Source: Candidatus Hermodarchaeota archaeon (GTDB lineage Archaea > Asgardarchaeota > Heimdallarchaeia > Hodarchaeales > Hodarchaeaceae). From it: DNA of 32,000 nucleotides. Numbering within the stretch: position 1 is the first letter of the stretch; the number at the start of each line of letters is the position of its first letter. This document shows, piece by piece, positions 1 through 8,364 of the stretch. The DNA is taken from contig JBHLKY010000007.1 of NCBI GenBank assembly GCA_048886185.1, positions 180,001 through 212,000 on the forward strand, given 5' to 3'. Position numbers and translations under genes: made by a program. The notes beneath the pieces were generated by a model, which saw only the letters and a list, made by a program, of their open reading frames with translations, was not told the origin of the DNA and searched no databases.

Positions 1-1
1 T

Positions 2-118
2 ATAAATCTCGGAATATTAGCCAATGGTTACTATATTGTGGACATTAAGAGTGTGAGTATCTACGGGAAGATAGAAGTTCGAACTAATGTTAAGGAATTT
101 TCTGTTGGCAGCAATTAG
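2..118 (+). CDS. 3' end of a gene entering from the left (partial); beta-rich, possibly Ig-like C-terminal domain
   Basis: Frame 2 open from the window edge: INLGILANGYYIVDIKSVSIYGKIEVRTNVKEFSVGSN*, TAG at 116-118, followed by a pyrimidine/T-rich tract. Confidence 0.5.
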   Translation: MNLGILANGYYIVDIKSVSIYGKIEVRTNVKEFSVGSN

Positions 119-261
119 TCGTATCTATCCACTTAATCTTCTCTTCTTTTTAAAATTAGGGACTCCCCAGCTTTATTAAACATATTAACTACTATAATTA
201 GAGACTTTCTCTTTGATTCAGACTAATGTATGAATAAAAAAGCAAGAATTTTTGACAAAAA

Positions 262-960
262 TCATAATTCTTGAATATTATGTTGGAGTGTTTGAAAAAG
301 CTCATTTAGAAGCTGAACATATGTAGGATGGATAGAATTAACACATTTTAGAAATTCATACAACAATCCCATGCTTAATCTCTTTTCATCAATAATTTCT
401 TCGTGTACCAATAACCATTTCCCAAAGATTCTAAAGAAATGTTCATCTGAATCAATATAACGTTTTGGAATCTCTGGATAATTATCAGGGAGTTTAAAAC
501 CAATAATGTCAGCGAATTTCTGAAATTCCTCGAATTGTTCTTTATAGTTTTCAATGCTGTCATCACTGCTAGTAATAAAAAGATTCCTTGCAGTTCGACC
601 GAAATACTTTGTTTTATTGCGTCTATAAGGGCCTTCGTGCAAAATAGCAACTAGTTTGATTAATCCAAGTTCAACAAGGACATCTAAGTGAAAATAGAGA
701 GTGGATTTACTCAATTTTATATCTTTCATTAATCCTCTTTTAATTTCAGAAACATTCAGAGCACGACGTACCTGAAAATTTCCATCAGGTGATTCCTCGT
801 CTATTCCTTTCCTTAATAGTCTTATTATGTCTCTTCTAACAGGATGAGAGTAATATTTTTCCTTTGAAACATTAACAAACTTAGATGCTGGTAGATTCTT
901 CCAATATTCAAAGAGTTTTTGACGATCTTTTGTCATTAGTTGTCTTTCCACTGCTTTCAT
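262..960 (-). CDS. Winged-helix (ArsR-like) transcriptional regulator
   Basis: HPVRRDIIRLL..ALNVSEIK..SKSTLYFHLDVLVELGLIK wHTH pattern; paralog of 10010..10744; divergent from AKR operon. Confidence 0.8.
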   Translation of the reverse strand: MKAVERQLMTKDRQKLFEYWKNLPASKFVNVSKEKYYSHPVRRDIIRLLRKGIDEESPDGNFQVRRALNVSEIKRGLMKDIKLSKSTLYFHLDVLVELGLIKLVAILHEGPYRRNKTKYFGRTARNLFITSSDDSIENYKEQFEEFQKFADIIGFKLPDNYPEIPKRYIDSDEHFFRIFGKWLLVHEEIIDEKRLSMGLLYEFLKCVNSIHPTYVQLLNELFQTLQHNIQEL

Positions 961-1050
961 ACAGATAGTACTTTATTATTTATCAGTGTTTATTTCATTT
1001 TTGATTATTTTGTCATAAAGGAAAGATATTTAGACCTCGGGACTTCTCAT

Positions 1051-1101
1051 TACGTTTCGATATGATTCGAATTGTCACGATTCGAACTTAGTCGAAACGT
1101 A
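1051..1101. promoter_or_regulatory. Nested palindromic operator: two TTCGA-N6-TCGAA sites inside a 51-bp inverted repeat
   Basis: tacgtttcga (1051-1060) is the exact reverse complement of tcgaaacgta (1092-1101); inner TTCGAA at 1066-1071 and 1081-1086; lies between divergent regulator and AKR. Confidence 0.6.
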
Positions 1102-1146
1102 TCCAAAAGCATCTATTATGATACTACAAATAGAAGATGTGATAGA

Positions 1147-2184
1147 ATGAAATACAAACTATTGGGAAAAAGCGGATTAAGAGTTTCAGAACTTAGTTTA
1201 GGAACAATGACCTTTGGAGAAGATTGGGGATGGGGGAGTTCAAAAGAAGTAGCAAAACAAGTTTTTCAGAAATTTTCTGATAAGGGTGGAAATTTCATTG
1301 ATACTGCCTGTAATTATACCAAAGGAACAAGTGAGAGATTTATTGGAGAATTCAGTGAAGGCGATCGTGATCGTTATGTAATTGCTACCAAATACACTTT
1401 ACACGATTATCGCTGGAAAAAAGATCCTAATGCAGGGGGAAATCATCGTAAAAACCTACTCCGAACTGTTAAAGAAAGTTTAGAAAGACTTCGGACTGAT
1501 TATATTGATTTACTTTACTTACATATGTGGGATTATACCACACCAGTTCATGAGGTCATACGAACACTAGACGACTTAATTAGTTCTTCTAAAGTTAATT
1601 ATATTGGTATATCAGATACCCCTGCATGGATAGTCTCTCGTGCTAATACTATGGCGGAAATAAGAGGATTAAATCCTTTTATAGCTTTTCAATTTCCATA
1701 TAATCTTTCTTTTCGAGACCCAGAGAGAGATATCATCCCTATGTGTAATAAATTAGATTTAGCTATGACTACTTGGGCACCTTTAGGTGCTGGTTTATAT
1801 ACAGGAAAATATACAAGAAAAAATCAGACTCCAGGAAGATTAACGGAGGGAAAATGGGGTGTTCCTTCAGAAGACAGATTGAAAATTGCTGCAGAAGTAG
1901 ATAAAATCGCTGATGAAATAGGATGTTCCTCAGCTAATGTTGCTCTCAATTGGATAAGAAAACAGGATGGATTATTTATCCCTATATTTGGGGTAACTTC
2001 TTTAGAACAATTGGAAGATAACTTGCAGTGTTTAGACTTTGAGATAGCGGATGAACATTGCAAACGCTTGGCTGACCTAGTTGATTTCAAGTTTGGTTTT
2101 CCCAAGGGCTTTCTCTTGGGGAATAAGGATCTTTATCACGGGGAGACATACGATTTGTTACATAATCATCGTGGATATGAATAA
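1147..2184 (+). CDS. Aldo/keto reductase
   Basis: MKYKLLGKSGLRVSELSLGTMTFG start (ATG 1147 preferred to the track's 1072), FIDTACNY, IATKY, LRTDYIDLLYLHMWD: D/Y/K/H tetrad present. Confidence 0.95.
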   Translation: MKYKLLGKSGLRVSELSLGTMTFGEDWGWGSSKEVAKQVFQKFSDKGGNFIDTACNYTKGTSERFIGEFSEGDRDRYVIATKYTLHDYRWKKDPNAGGNHRKNLLRTVKESLERLRTDYIDLLYLHMWDYTTPVHEVIRTLDDLISSSKVNYIGISDTPAWIVSRANTMAEIRGLNPFIAFQFPYNLSFRDPERDIIPMCNKLDLAMTTWAPLGAGLYTGKYTRKNQTPGRLTEGKWGVPSEDRLKIAAEVDKIADEIGCSSANVALNWIRKQDGLFIPIFGVTSLEQLEDNLQCLDFEIADEHCKRLADLVDFKFGFPKGFLLGNKDLYHGETYDLLHNHRGYE

Positions 2185-2195
2185 AAGGTGAGATT

Positions 2196-3113
2196 ATGAT
2201 CAAAATCGGAAAAACTATGGTAGAGGAGTCAGTAAATAGAGAAACTTTCATAGCTATAATCAAAGAAATGAACTTAAAACCTCCTGTCGTCATCAAACCT
2301 AATTGGGGTTTTTCCGTCTGTTTTACTGAAGCGATGATTTTAGATTGGGTTCTTTCTGCAGTCAACAGCGAAGCACTAGTGGTAGAGAGCTATGGATGGG
2401 CGAGAACTGAAGAAGCTCTTAAAACAGGAGAATGGGGTTCTTTTAAGCAGGATGACCTCCGAAAGAGCGATCAATGGTTTCTGGAATACTCTGGTATCGG
2501 TAAGGTGCTGAAGAAACATGATGTGGAGTTCTTGAACATAACAGAGGAGAACTGGGGGAATAGAACAACAGATCCTGATATGATTAGAGACATTGTTGAA
2601 AAAAAGTATCCTCCTCTTGAGCGGACCGAGTTCTATAATTTTGTCCCTGAGAGACTTTCCGAGTTGAGGGGAGCCGATCTAATTAGCCTTGCTAAGCTAA
2701 GACTCTTGGAGGAACCAATGATAGTGTCTTTTTCTGTGAAAAACTTCTTTGGTATGATCCCAGGCCCAGATCGGAGCAGATTTCATGGGAAAAAGCATAG
2801 TTTGTTAAACCAAAGTATTGTAGACATCTATAAAGTCTATGATTCTTTATTCAATATCTATGGGGTTGTCGAAGCCATATTTACAGCATCTTTGAGAGAC
2901 CCTAATACTTTGGAGTGGGAAACTCACGAGAATCCTGGTTTTGTTTCGGCATCTGCAGATCCCATTGAGTTAGACGCCTTTGTAAGCTCTCTTTTAGAAA
3001 TAAATCCAGACAACATTGGATATCTCAAGTTAGCTGCAAAAGTCTTTGGCGGATGGAGCGAGGAAAGTGTCACACATGGCTTGGATAGCGGAATTAAGGT
3101 TCTCACAACATAG
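2196..3113 (+). CDS. DUF362 family protein
   Basis: VVIKPN, VVESYG and VKNFFGMIP motifs, DPIELDA near C-terminus; GGTGA RBS upstream; 11 nt after AKR. Confidence 0.7.
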   Translation: MIKIGKTMVEESVNRETFIAIIKEMNLKPPVVIKPNWGFSVCFTEAMILDWVLSAVNSEALVVESYGWARTEEALKTGEWGSFKQDDLRKSDQWFLEYSGIGKVLKKHDVEFLNITEENWGNRTTDPDMIRDIVEKKYPPLERTEFYNFVPERLSELRGADLISLAKLRLLEEPMIVSFSVKNFFGMIPGPDRSRFHGKKHSLLNQSIVDIYKVYDSLFNIYGVVEAIFTASLRDPNTLEWETHENPGFVSASADPIELDAFVSSLLEINPDNIGYLKLAAKVFGGWSEESVTHGLDSGIKVLTT

Positions 3114-3121
3114 AAAAACAG

Positions 3122-4501
3122 GTGAATTTTAACATGATTATTTACAGATTTTTAGGAATCCAAGATTTGTCACAAGAAACGAGATCATTATTGAAAACCT
3201 TTTTCTCTTTTACGTTAATTAACTCGTTATTAATGAGCATATCGGGGACATTTTTTACCCTATATGCTATAGATAAGATTGGTTTCGCCTTAACAGGGAC
3301 AATGATGGCAGTTGTACTGTTAACCCAATTCATTTTTGATTATCCTTCAGGATCACTTGGGGATTATATTGGTCAGCGATGGGTACTAACTATTGGTTAT
3401 TTTTGTTTTGGGTTCGGTTTTCTCATGCTCAGTGTTGCAGAAAATTTTTCTCATTTCCTAGTTATTGCCATTGCCAATGGTTTGGGAAATGCTCAATTTT
3501 CTGGGGCCCTAGACACTTGGTTGGATTCTAATTATAAAAAAGTTGATTCTATTGATACTGATCGAAAAATCTACGGATTTGCTCGTTCACAAGTAAATAC
3601 ACTAAACAATCTAGCCTTGGCAGCAGCTTTTATGGTAGGTGGATTTCTCTCTACGACTTTTTCTCGTAAAGCTGTTTTTTCTCTTCAAATTTGGCTTTCT
3701 TTAATAATGGTTATTATTGTTTTACTTAATATCAAAGATATTTCGATGGTAAAAAGCGAAAAAGACGTTCAAATTCCGAAGAATGAGAGTACAAATTCCT
3801 ACCTCACATACCTCAAAGGAGGACTGCGATTTATGTTGTCAAGTAAAGCTGCGTTCTTTCTTATTTTGGGTATTGGGATTCTTACTAGCACTTGGTGGAT
3901 TTGGGGTTCTTTAATTCTTTTTCCGCTATATTTCGGGTATACTGGAGATGATATGGGTGCCAATTTCCTTAGAACGATTATTATGCTTAATGGTGTACCT
4001 ATCGGATTATTCGTCGCAAAATACAGCAAAAAGTTTTCAAGTGATCATTATCCAAAATTTCTTTTCACATTTTTATGTTTATTTTTTCCAGCCATAATCA
4101 GTCTTCTAGTCCTTGTTCCTTTAAAAAATGAAGTTAGTTTAATTGGATTTTTGTCTACAGTAATTATAATCAATATAAGTGTCAGTACGATATATCGAAT
4201 TGCAGAAGTCCTTCGAATGCGCTTACTGGTAGATTTGGTTCCATCTGAGTATAGAAATTCAATCTATTCTTTGATTCCTACCGTTACTTCGTTGTTTGGT
4301 ATTCCTCTGCTTCCCATTTCAGGCCAAATAATCGATAATTTTGGTTTACTTGCAGGTGTTTTTGTAATTCTTGCAGTATTTAGTACTGGATTCTTGCTAA
4401 TTTCCTTGGGAATTCGTTTTATGAAATCAAGCGCAAGCATCTCTCACTTAGATGGTTCAATAACGGTAGAAAAACCTGAACAATTTGAGGCTGTTAATTG
4501 A
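3122..4501 (+). CDS. MFS transporter
   Basis: About 12 hydrophobic segments, FDYPSGSLGDYIGQRWVL motif-A-like loop; paralog of 8365..9711. Confidence 0.9.
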   Translation: MNFNMIIYRFLGIQDLSQETRSLLKTFFSFTLINSLLMSISGTFFTLYAIDKIGFALTGTMMAVVLLTQFIFDYPSGSLGDYIGQRWVLTIGYFCFGFGFLMLSVAENFSHFLVIAIANGLGNAQFSGALDTWLDSNYKKVDSIDTDRKIYGFARSQVNTLNNLALAAAFMVGGFLSTTFSRKAVFSLQIWLSLIMVIIVLLNIKDISMVKSEKDVQIPKNESTNSYLTYLKGGLRFMLSSKAAFFLILGIGILTSTWWIWGSLILFPLYFGYTGDDMGANFLRTIIMLNGVPIGLFVAKYSKKFSSDHYPKFLFTFLCLFFPAIISLLVLVPLKNEVSLIGFLSTVIIINISVSTIYRIAEVLRMRLLVDLVPSEYRNSIYSLIPTVTSLFGIPLLPISGQIIDNFGLLAGVFVILAVFSTGFLLISLGIRFMKSSASISHLDGSITVEKPEQFEAVN

Positions 4502-4565
4502 AACCTGTTGAGATAATCATCTTAACTGGGTTACTAAAATGTAAAGAATAAAACACTAAAATACG

Positions 4566-5129
4566 CTAATCCGTTTGTGTCTTCCCGAAGGAAAAGGCAT
4601 CCCCAAGCATATCCCCAATCGTCCAATATTTGTTATCAGGTTGCGAAAATGTAAACGGATTAATTTTCCTTATGTCTAATCTTCCCTCATGTAAATATTG
4701 TTCTTCTGTGTAAGCAGCAATAACCTCACCAAGTACTAAAGCTATTCCAGGTAGTTCAATTATGTCATAAACACAGCATTCCAAAGTTAGGGGACATTCC
4801 TGAACCATTGGTACTGATTGTACTTTCCCATAAAAGATTTTGAAGAGCTTTGATTTATCAACCTTCCTTCCAGATACAATACCACAATAGTCAGCTTTCT
4901 TTGCTAAGTTTACACTAGGAATATTAATACTAAAGGTTTTATTTTCCCTTATCCCCTTGAGAGTATATTGCTTCTTTCCAAAAGCTATACCCCAGATTGG
5001 TGGTTTATTATTAAGACGATTAAACCACGCAACAGTCATAAAATTAGGATGATCGTCTACAAGTGCTCCAACAATCGCGACAGGCATTGGAAATGGGGAA
5101 ACAGTTGGCTCTATTTTAATCTTTGACAT
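4566..5129 (-). CDS. Flavin reductase-like (flavoredoxin) FMN-binding protein
   Basis: PFPMPVAIVG..NFMTVAW..FSINIPS..DYCGIVSGRKVDK..ECPLTLEC..GEV; ATG at 5129 preceded by GGTGGAG RBS. Confidence 0.9.
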   Translation of the reverse strand: MSKIKIEPTVSPFPMPVAIVGALVDDHPNFMTVAWFNRLNNKPPIWGIAFGKKQYTLKGIRENKTFSINIPSVNLAKKADYCGIVSGRKVDKSKLFKIFYGKVQSVPMVQECPLTLECCVYDIIELPGIALVLGEVIAAYTEEQYLHEGRLDIRKINPFTFSQPDNKYWTIGDMLGDAFSFGKTQTD

Positions 5130-5249
5130 ATTACTCCACCATTTAAACAACTAATTGTATTTAGTCTATAATATAATTTGGTATTTATTCATATTCTACT
5201 AATCAAAGGTAGTAATATGAAAGTTTGGAAACTAATTAACTAAATTTGT

Positions 5250-5456
5250 TTATCGTCGTTTTCTTATTGCTGCAATGATTGGTAAAAGTATTCCAAAAAA
5301 GATCGGAACTAAAATAATTATGGGAAAATCCGATTCATTAGATGTGGAGCTTGTTCCTGAGCCTCTCAGTTGAAATCCAATAAAAAATAAAATGAATATC
5401 ACAATACCGACAAATAATAAGAATATTCCCGTAATGATCCGGAATTTATTTGGCAA
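5250..5456 (-). CDS. Small two-TM membrane protein
   Basis: 68 aa, two hydrophobic helices joined by a Ser/Thr/Gly loop, basic C-terminus (RKRR); TTG start. Confidence 0.55.
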   Translation of the reverse strand: MPNKFRIITGIFLLFVGIVIFILFFIGFQLRGSGTSSTSNESDFPIIILVPIFFGILLPIIAAIRKRR

Positions 5457-5967
5457 ATCGCTTCAACTCGAGAAATAACGCATTTACTAATTATGAATGT
5501 TGATGTAGTTATCAACTATAAAAAAAGAGTGGTTACAGAATAGATTGATTCTAGAAAATTAAGCAAATTAAATAAATACATATGCCAATTCCTTGAATTG
5601 CAGGTATTAGTACTGAAAAAGATGATAATCAAATAATATTGTTCCTTACTTTTAATTCCAACAGATTATTTTTCTACTTGATTTCAACCACTAATTTCCT
5701 ACATATTTTATCATTAAGGTATAATTTTTGGATTAATCTTTTCAATCATCAACGTTATATTCCAATTATTGGATTCATTTCTTTAGATAGCTGTAACAGT
5801 AGAATCAGTTCAATAGAAGTCAAATTATTCACGATTGCCCTTTAAGAAAGATACAGAAAGAAAATTATTACTCATATTAAAATGAGTTAATGGAACAGAA
5901 ATAGTGTAATATTCATCAGAAAGGAGAATATTATGCATTAGAAGATGTTTCATAAGGTGAAATGTAT

Positions 5968-6075
5968 ATGGCATCAAACGAGTCCTTTCTAGGTATTTTA
6001 TTGATTTTTGGAATTTTATTGTTGAATTTGTTTATACTCGTGCTAGTAAAGTTTATTAGAAAGGTAACTAGATAG
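5968..6075 (+). CDS. Unannotated single-TM micro-protein (35 aa)
   Basis: GGTGA at 5956-5960, ATG 5968; MASNESFLGILLIFGILLLNLFILVLVKFIRKVTR*. Confidence 0.45.
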   Translation: MASNESFLGILLIFGILLLNLFILVLVKFIRKVTR

Positions 6076-6103
6076 TTAAACGCTTCACAGGATTGAAAAG
6101 TGA

Positions 6104-6208
6104 ATGGACAACTTAATTCGTCGTCTAATACTATTTGGAATTAGTTTAGTGCTGTTTATCATATTCTTATTTGGATTAATATTATTTAATGGGTTCAGGG
6201 GGTCTTAA
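6104..6208 (+). CDS. Unannotated single-TM micro-protein (34 aa)
   Basis: MDNLIRRLILFGISLVLFIIFLFGLILFNGFRGS*, 28 nt after the previous micro-ORF; weak RBS. Confidence 0.35.
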   Translation: MDNLIRRLILFGISLVLFIIFLFGLILFNGFRGS

Positions 6209-6315
6209 AAAAGGAAGAACTAATGTTTAAAAATTGTATTCAGAGAATTGAGTATTAGTAGTCAATTGCATTAAAGGATAAATTATAATGTTTGCCGAAA
6301 TCAGGCGATAGAAGG

Positions 6316-7116
6316 ATGAATAAAATGGAAGAACTCCCCAAAGGATTAGCGAATTCTGGCGCAATAGAGATTGCAAAAAAACTGGAATCAATTTCGGGAG
6401 GAAAAATACTAGATGTGGCAACTCAAAGCGGTGGTTTTATTAACACTTTGATGAAAACGCTGAAAAATTTTGATTCATTTATTGGTATTGATATATTGTT
6501 TAAAGATGTCGAATCATTAGAGAAGGAATTTGAGAACAAACCTGTAGAATTTGTAGAAATGAATGCTGAAACCCTAAATTTTGTAGATAATTCCTTTGAT
6601 ACTGTTACAATATCTCATTCTATTCACCACCTAATGGAAAAAGAGATGGTTCTTTCAGAAATGAAGCGTGTTTTAAAACCTGATGGTCACTTTATTATTC
6701 AAGAACCTTTTAGTGACGGTGAACAGTCTGCTGCTCAGCACAGCGATATTCTTCAGCATCATTGGGGGGCAAAAATAGATAAATTACTTAATATTCCTCA
6801 CAGAAATACTTTTACTAGAACAGAAATCGAAGAAATAATAGCAGAACTACGATTGAGAGACCTAGCAGTTATAGAATCGACTCATTATGTTAAATGCCTT
6901 TTTTGCAACGATAAATTTGAATGTGAAGATCCAAAGAATGAAAGAATTATTAAATTCATAATTTCGGAGATTGATAGTGACCTTGAACGATTAATAAAGA
7001 TAAAAGACCACCCAGAATTTGAAGAGCTAAAAGAGGAAGGAGAAAGACTGAAGGAACGTGTACAGAGAATAGGATCAGCTTCAGCTTCTCATTTGTTCAT
7101 TATTGGAAAAAAGTAG
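6316..7116 (+). CDS. Class I SAM-dependent methyltransferase (Methyltransf_11/UbiE-like)
   Basis: KILDVATQSG motif I, FIGIDI, MNAETLNFVDNSFDTV, SIHH, EMKRVLKPDG; ATG 6316 or TTG 6292. Confidence 0.9.
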   Translation: MNKMEELPKGLANSGAIEIAKKLESISGGKILDVATQSGGFINTLMKTLKNFDSFIGIDILFKDVESLEKEFENKPVEFVEMNAETLNFVDNSFDTVTISHSIHHLMEKEMVLSEMKRVLKPDGHFIIQEPFSDGEQSAAQHSDILQHHWGAKIDKLLNIPHRNTFTRTEIEEIIAELRLRDLAVIESTHYVKCLFCNDKFECEDPKNERIIKFIISEIDSDLERLIKIKDHPEFEELKEEGERLKERVQRIGSASASHLFIIGKK

Positions 7117-7172
7117 ATTCTTCTTCCCGTTTTTAAGGTGTCCAAAAACCAATACCCATCGGAGAGATAGTG

Positions 7173-7421
7173 ATGCATATGGGAGAAGTTGAAGAATTCA
7201 TTAAGGATAAGATTAGTCAGCCAGAAAAGGTTCAAACTGATACTTACTATTGATGAAAGGTTGAATACACTTATAAAGTAGTTATCGTGACCGAATTCAT
7301 GTATTATCTGGATAATCCACCATATAAGTACAAAAACAAAAGGATGATTATAATTAATGATAACAGTAAATTTATTGATGAGACACCTAAAGAAGACTCA
7401 AATGATCCTTTACCCTTTTAA
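7173..7421 (+). pseudogene. Interrupted ~80-codon frame, function unknown
   Basis: Single frame from ATG 7173/7179 to TAA 7419-7421 broken only by TGA-TGA at 7251-7256. Confidence 0.3.
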
Positions 7422-7491
7422 GATAGATTGACCATATCAAGAAAAGTTTAATTAATCACAAAAACAATATTTCTTATACTCCGTACGAGGA

Positions 7492-7872
7492 ATGTGTGGA
7501 AAAGAGATGAAGGATAAAGATAGAGTAAAAGAGAGATTAATACTATCAGAGACAGACATGAGTGTGTTAGCAGATCGTGCTCTTATCTTACTATCCTTTA
7601 AAGATACACATACTCAAAATTTAAGGTTTATTTTAAATCTCTTGGGAATTCGGACTCGTGAAGATAAACAGGCAATCTTAAACGAGATTTTTCGGCTTAT
7701 CCGAAAAGGTATTGTCTATATTCCCGCGGGATTGCCCCAATTAATAGATCAAAAATCTCAATTCAATATTGATGGACTTAAAGAGATTGAGAATATTGAT
7801 CTGTGTCTTCTTTGTTCTTATGATCAATTGATTAAAGAAATTGAGAAGGAGATAGCTAAATATCACCCTTAA
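7492..7872 (+). CDS. Uncharacterised protein, possible wHTH-like fold, CxxC near C-terminus; paralog of 10877..11290
   Basis: 78/97 identical residues to the 10877 ORF core, with many synonymous nucleotide differences. Confidence 0.8.
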   Translation: MCGKEMKDKDRVKERLILSETDMSVLADRALILLSFKDTHTQNLRFILNLLGIRTREDKQAILNEIFRLIRKGIVYIPAGLPQLIDQKSQFNIDGLKEIENIDLCLLCSYDQLIKEIEKEIAKYHP

Positions 7873-7942
7873 AAGAATAGAATGTTACGGTTTTCTCTTA
7901 CTTTTCTTTTCCCTGAAACATTATTTAACAACTCTTTTTGTT

Positions 7943-8230
7943 TCAGGAATCCTTCGAAAAAAGAAGTGACTTAATCCAACGATCTTTAGGTTCATAACTG
8001 CCTGATGTGAAATAACCACTCAAAAGAAAAAATGCTGACATAAAGATTGAGGAATTTATTACTGTAATGATTGTTTATAAAATCGATGTGAGAGGATCAT
8101 TCAATCCTTCGTAATATGTGGTATTGCAATATCAAGAACCACTTGTACTATTTGTAATAGCAGTATAATGTAAAACGATGTGAAAAGTTAGAAATACTTT
8201 CAAGTAATCGAGATAACGAATATACGATGA
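7943..8230 (-). pseudogene. Acyltransferase family 3 (OpgC/MdoC-like) 5' remnant
   Basis: One frame reads RYLDYLKVFLTFHIVLHYTAITNSTSGS*YC..NDPLTSIL*TIITVINSSIFMSAFFLLSGYFTSGSYEPK; stops at 8134-8132 and 8077-8075; no start codon; ends after about 95 codons. Confidence 0.7.
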
Positions 8231-8364
8231 AAGTGTCTGAAATCCTTGTTAAATAACTCTGTTGATTGCTCAACAGACCATTTGTTATCTTGTTTTTGAA
8301 TTAAAAGATTTTTTTACTATCATCAACCATTATATTCTTGAAAATCCAATATTCGTTCCTAAGG

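Noticed and set aside
5585-5845. Track ORF 5639..5845 (+) and an antisense frame resembling a decayed wHTH (LTSIELILLLQLSKE..LKRLIQKL)
   Set aside because: The plus ORF has no family signal; the minus frame has five stops and no diagnostic motif
7251-8134. TGA recoding (Trp or Sec) suggested by in-frame TGAs at 7251-7256 and 8132-8134
   Set aside because: Intact genes here end in TGA (e.g. 4501, 12142, 20280, 31486) and use TGG for Trp; the acyltransferase remnant also has a TAA and is truncated
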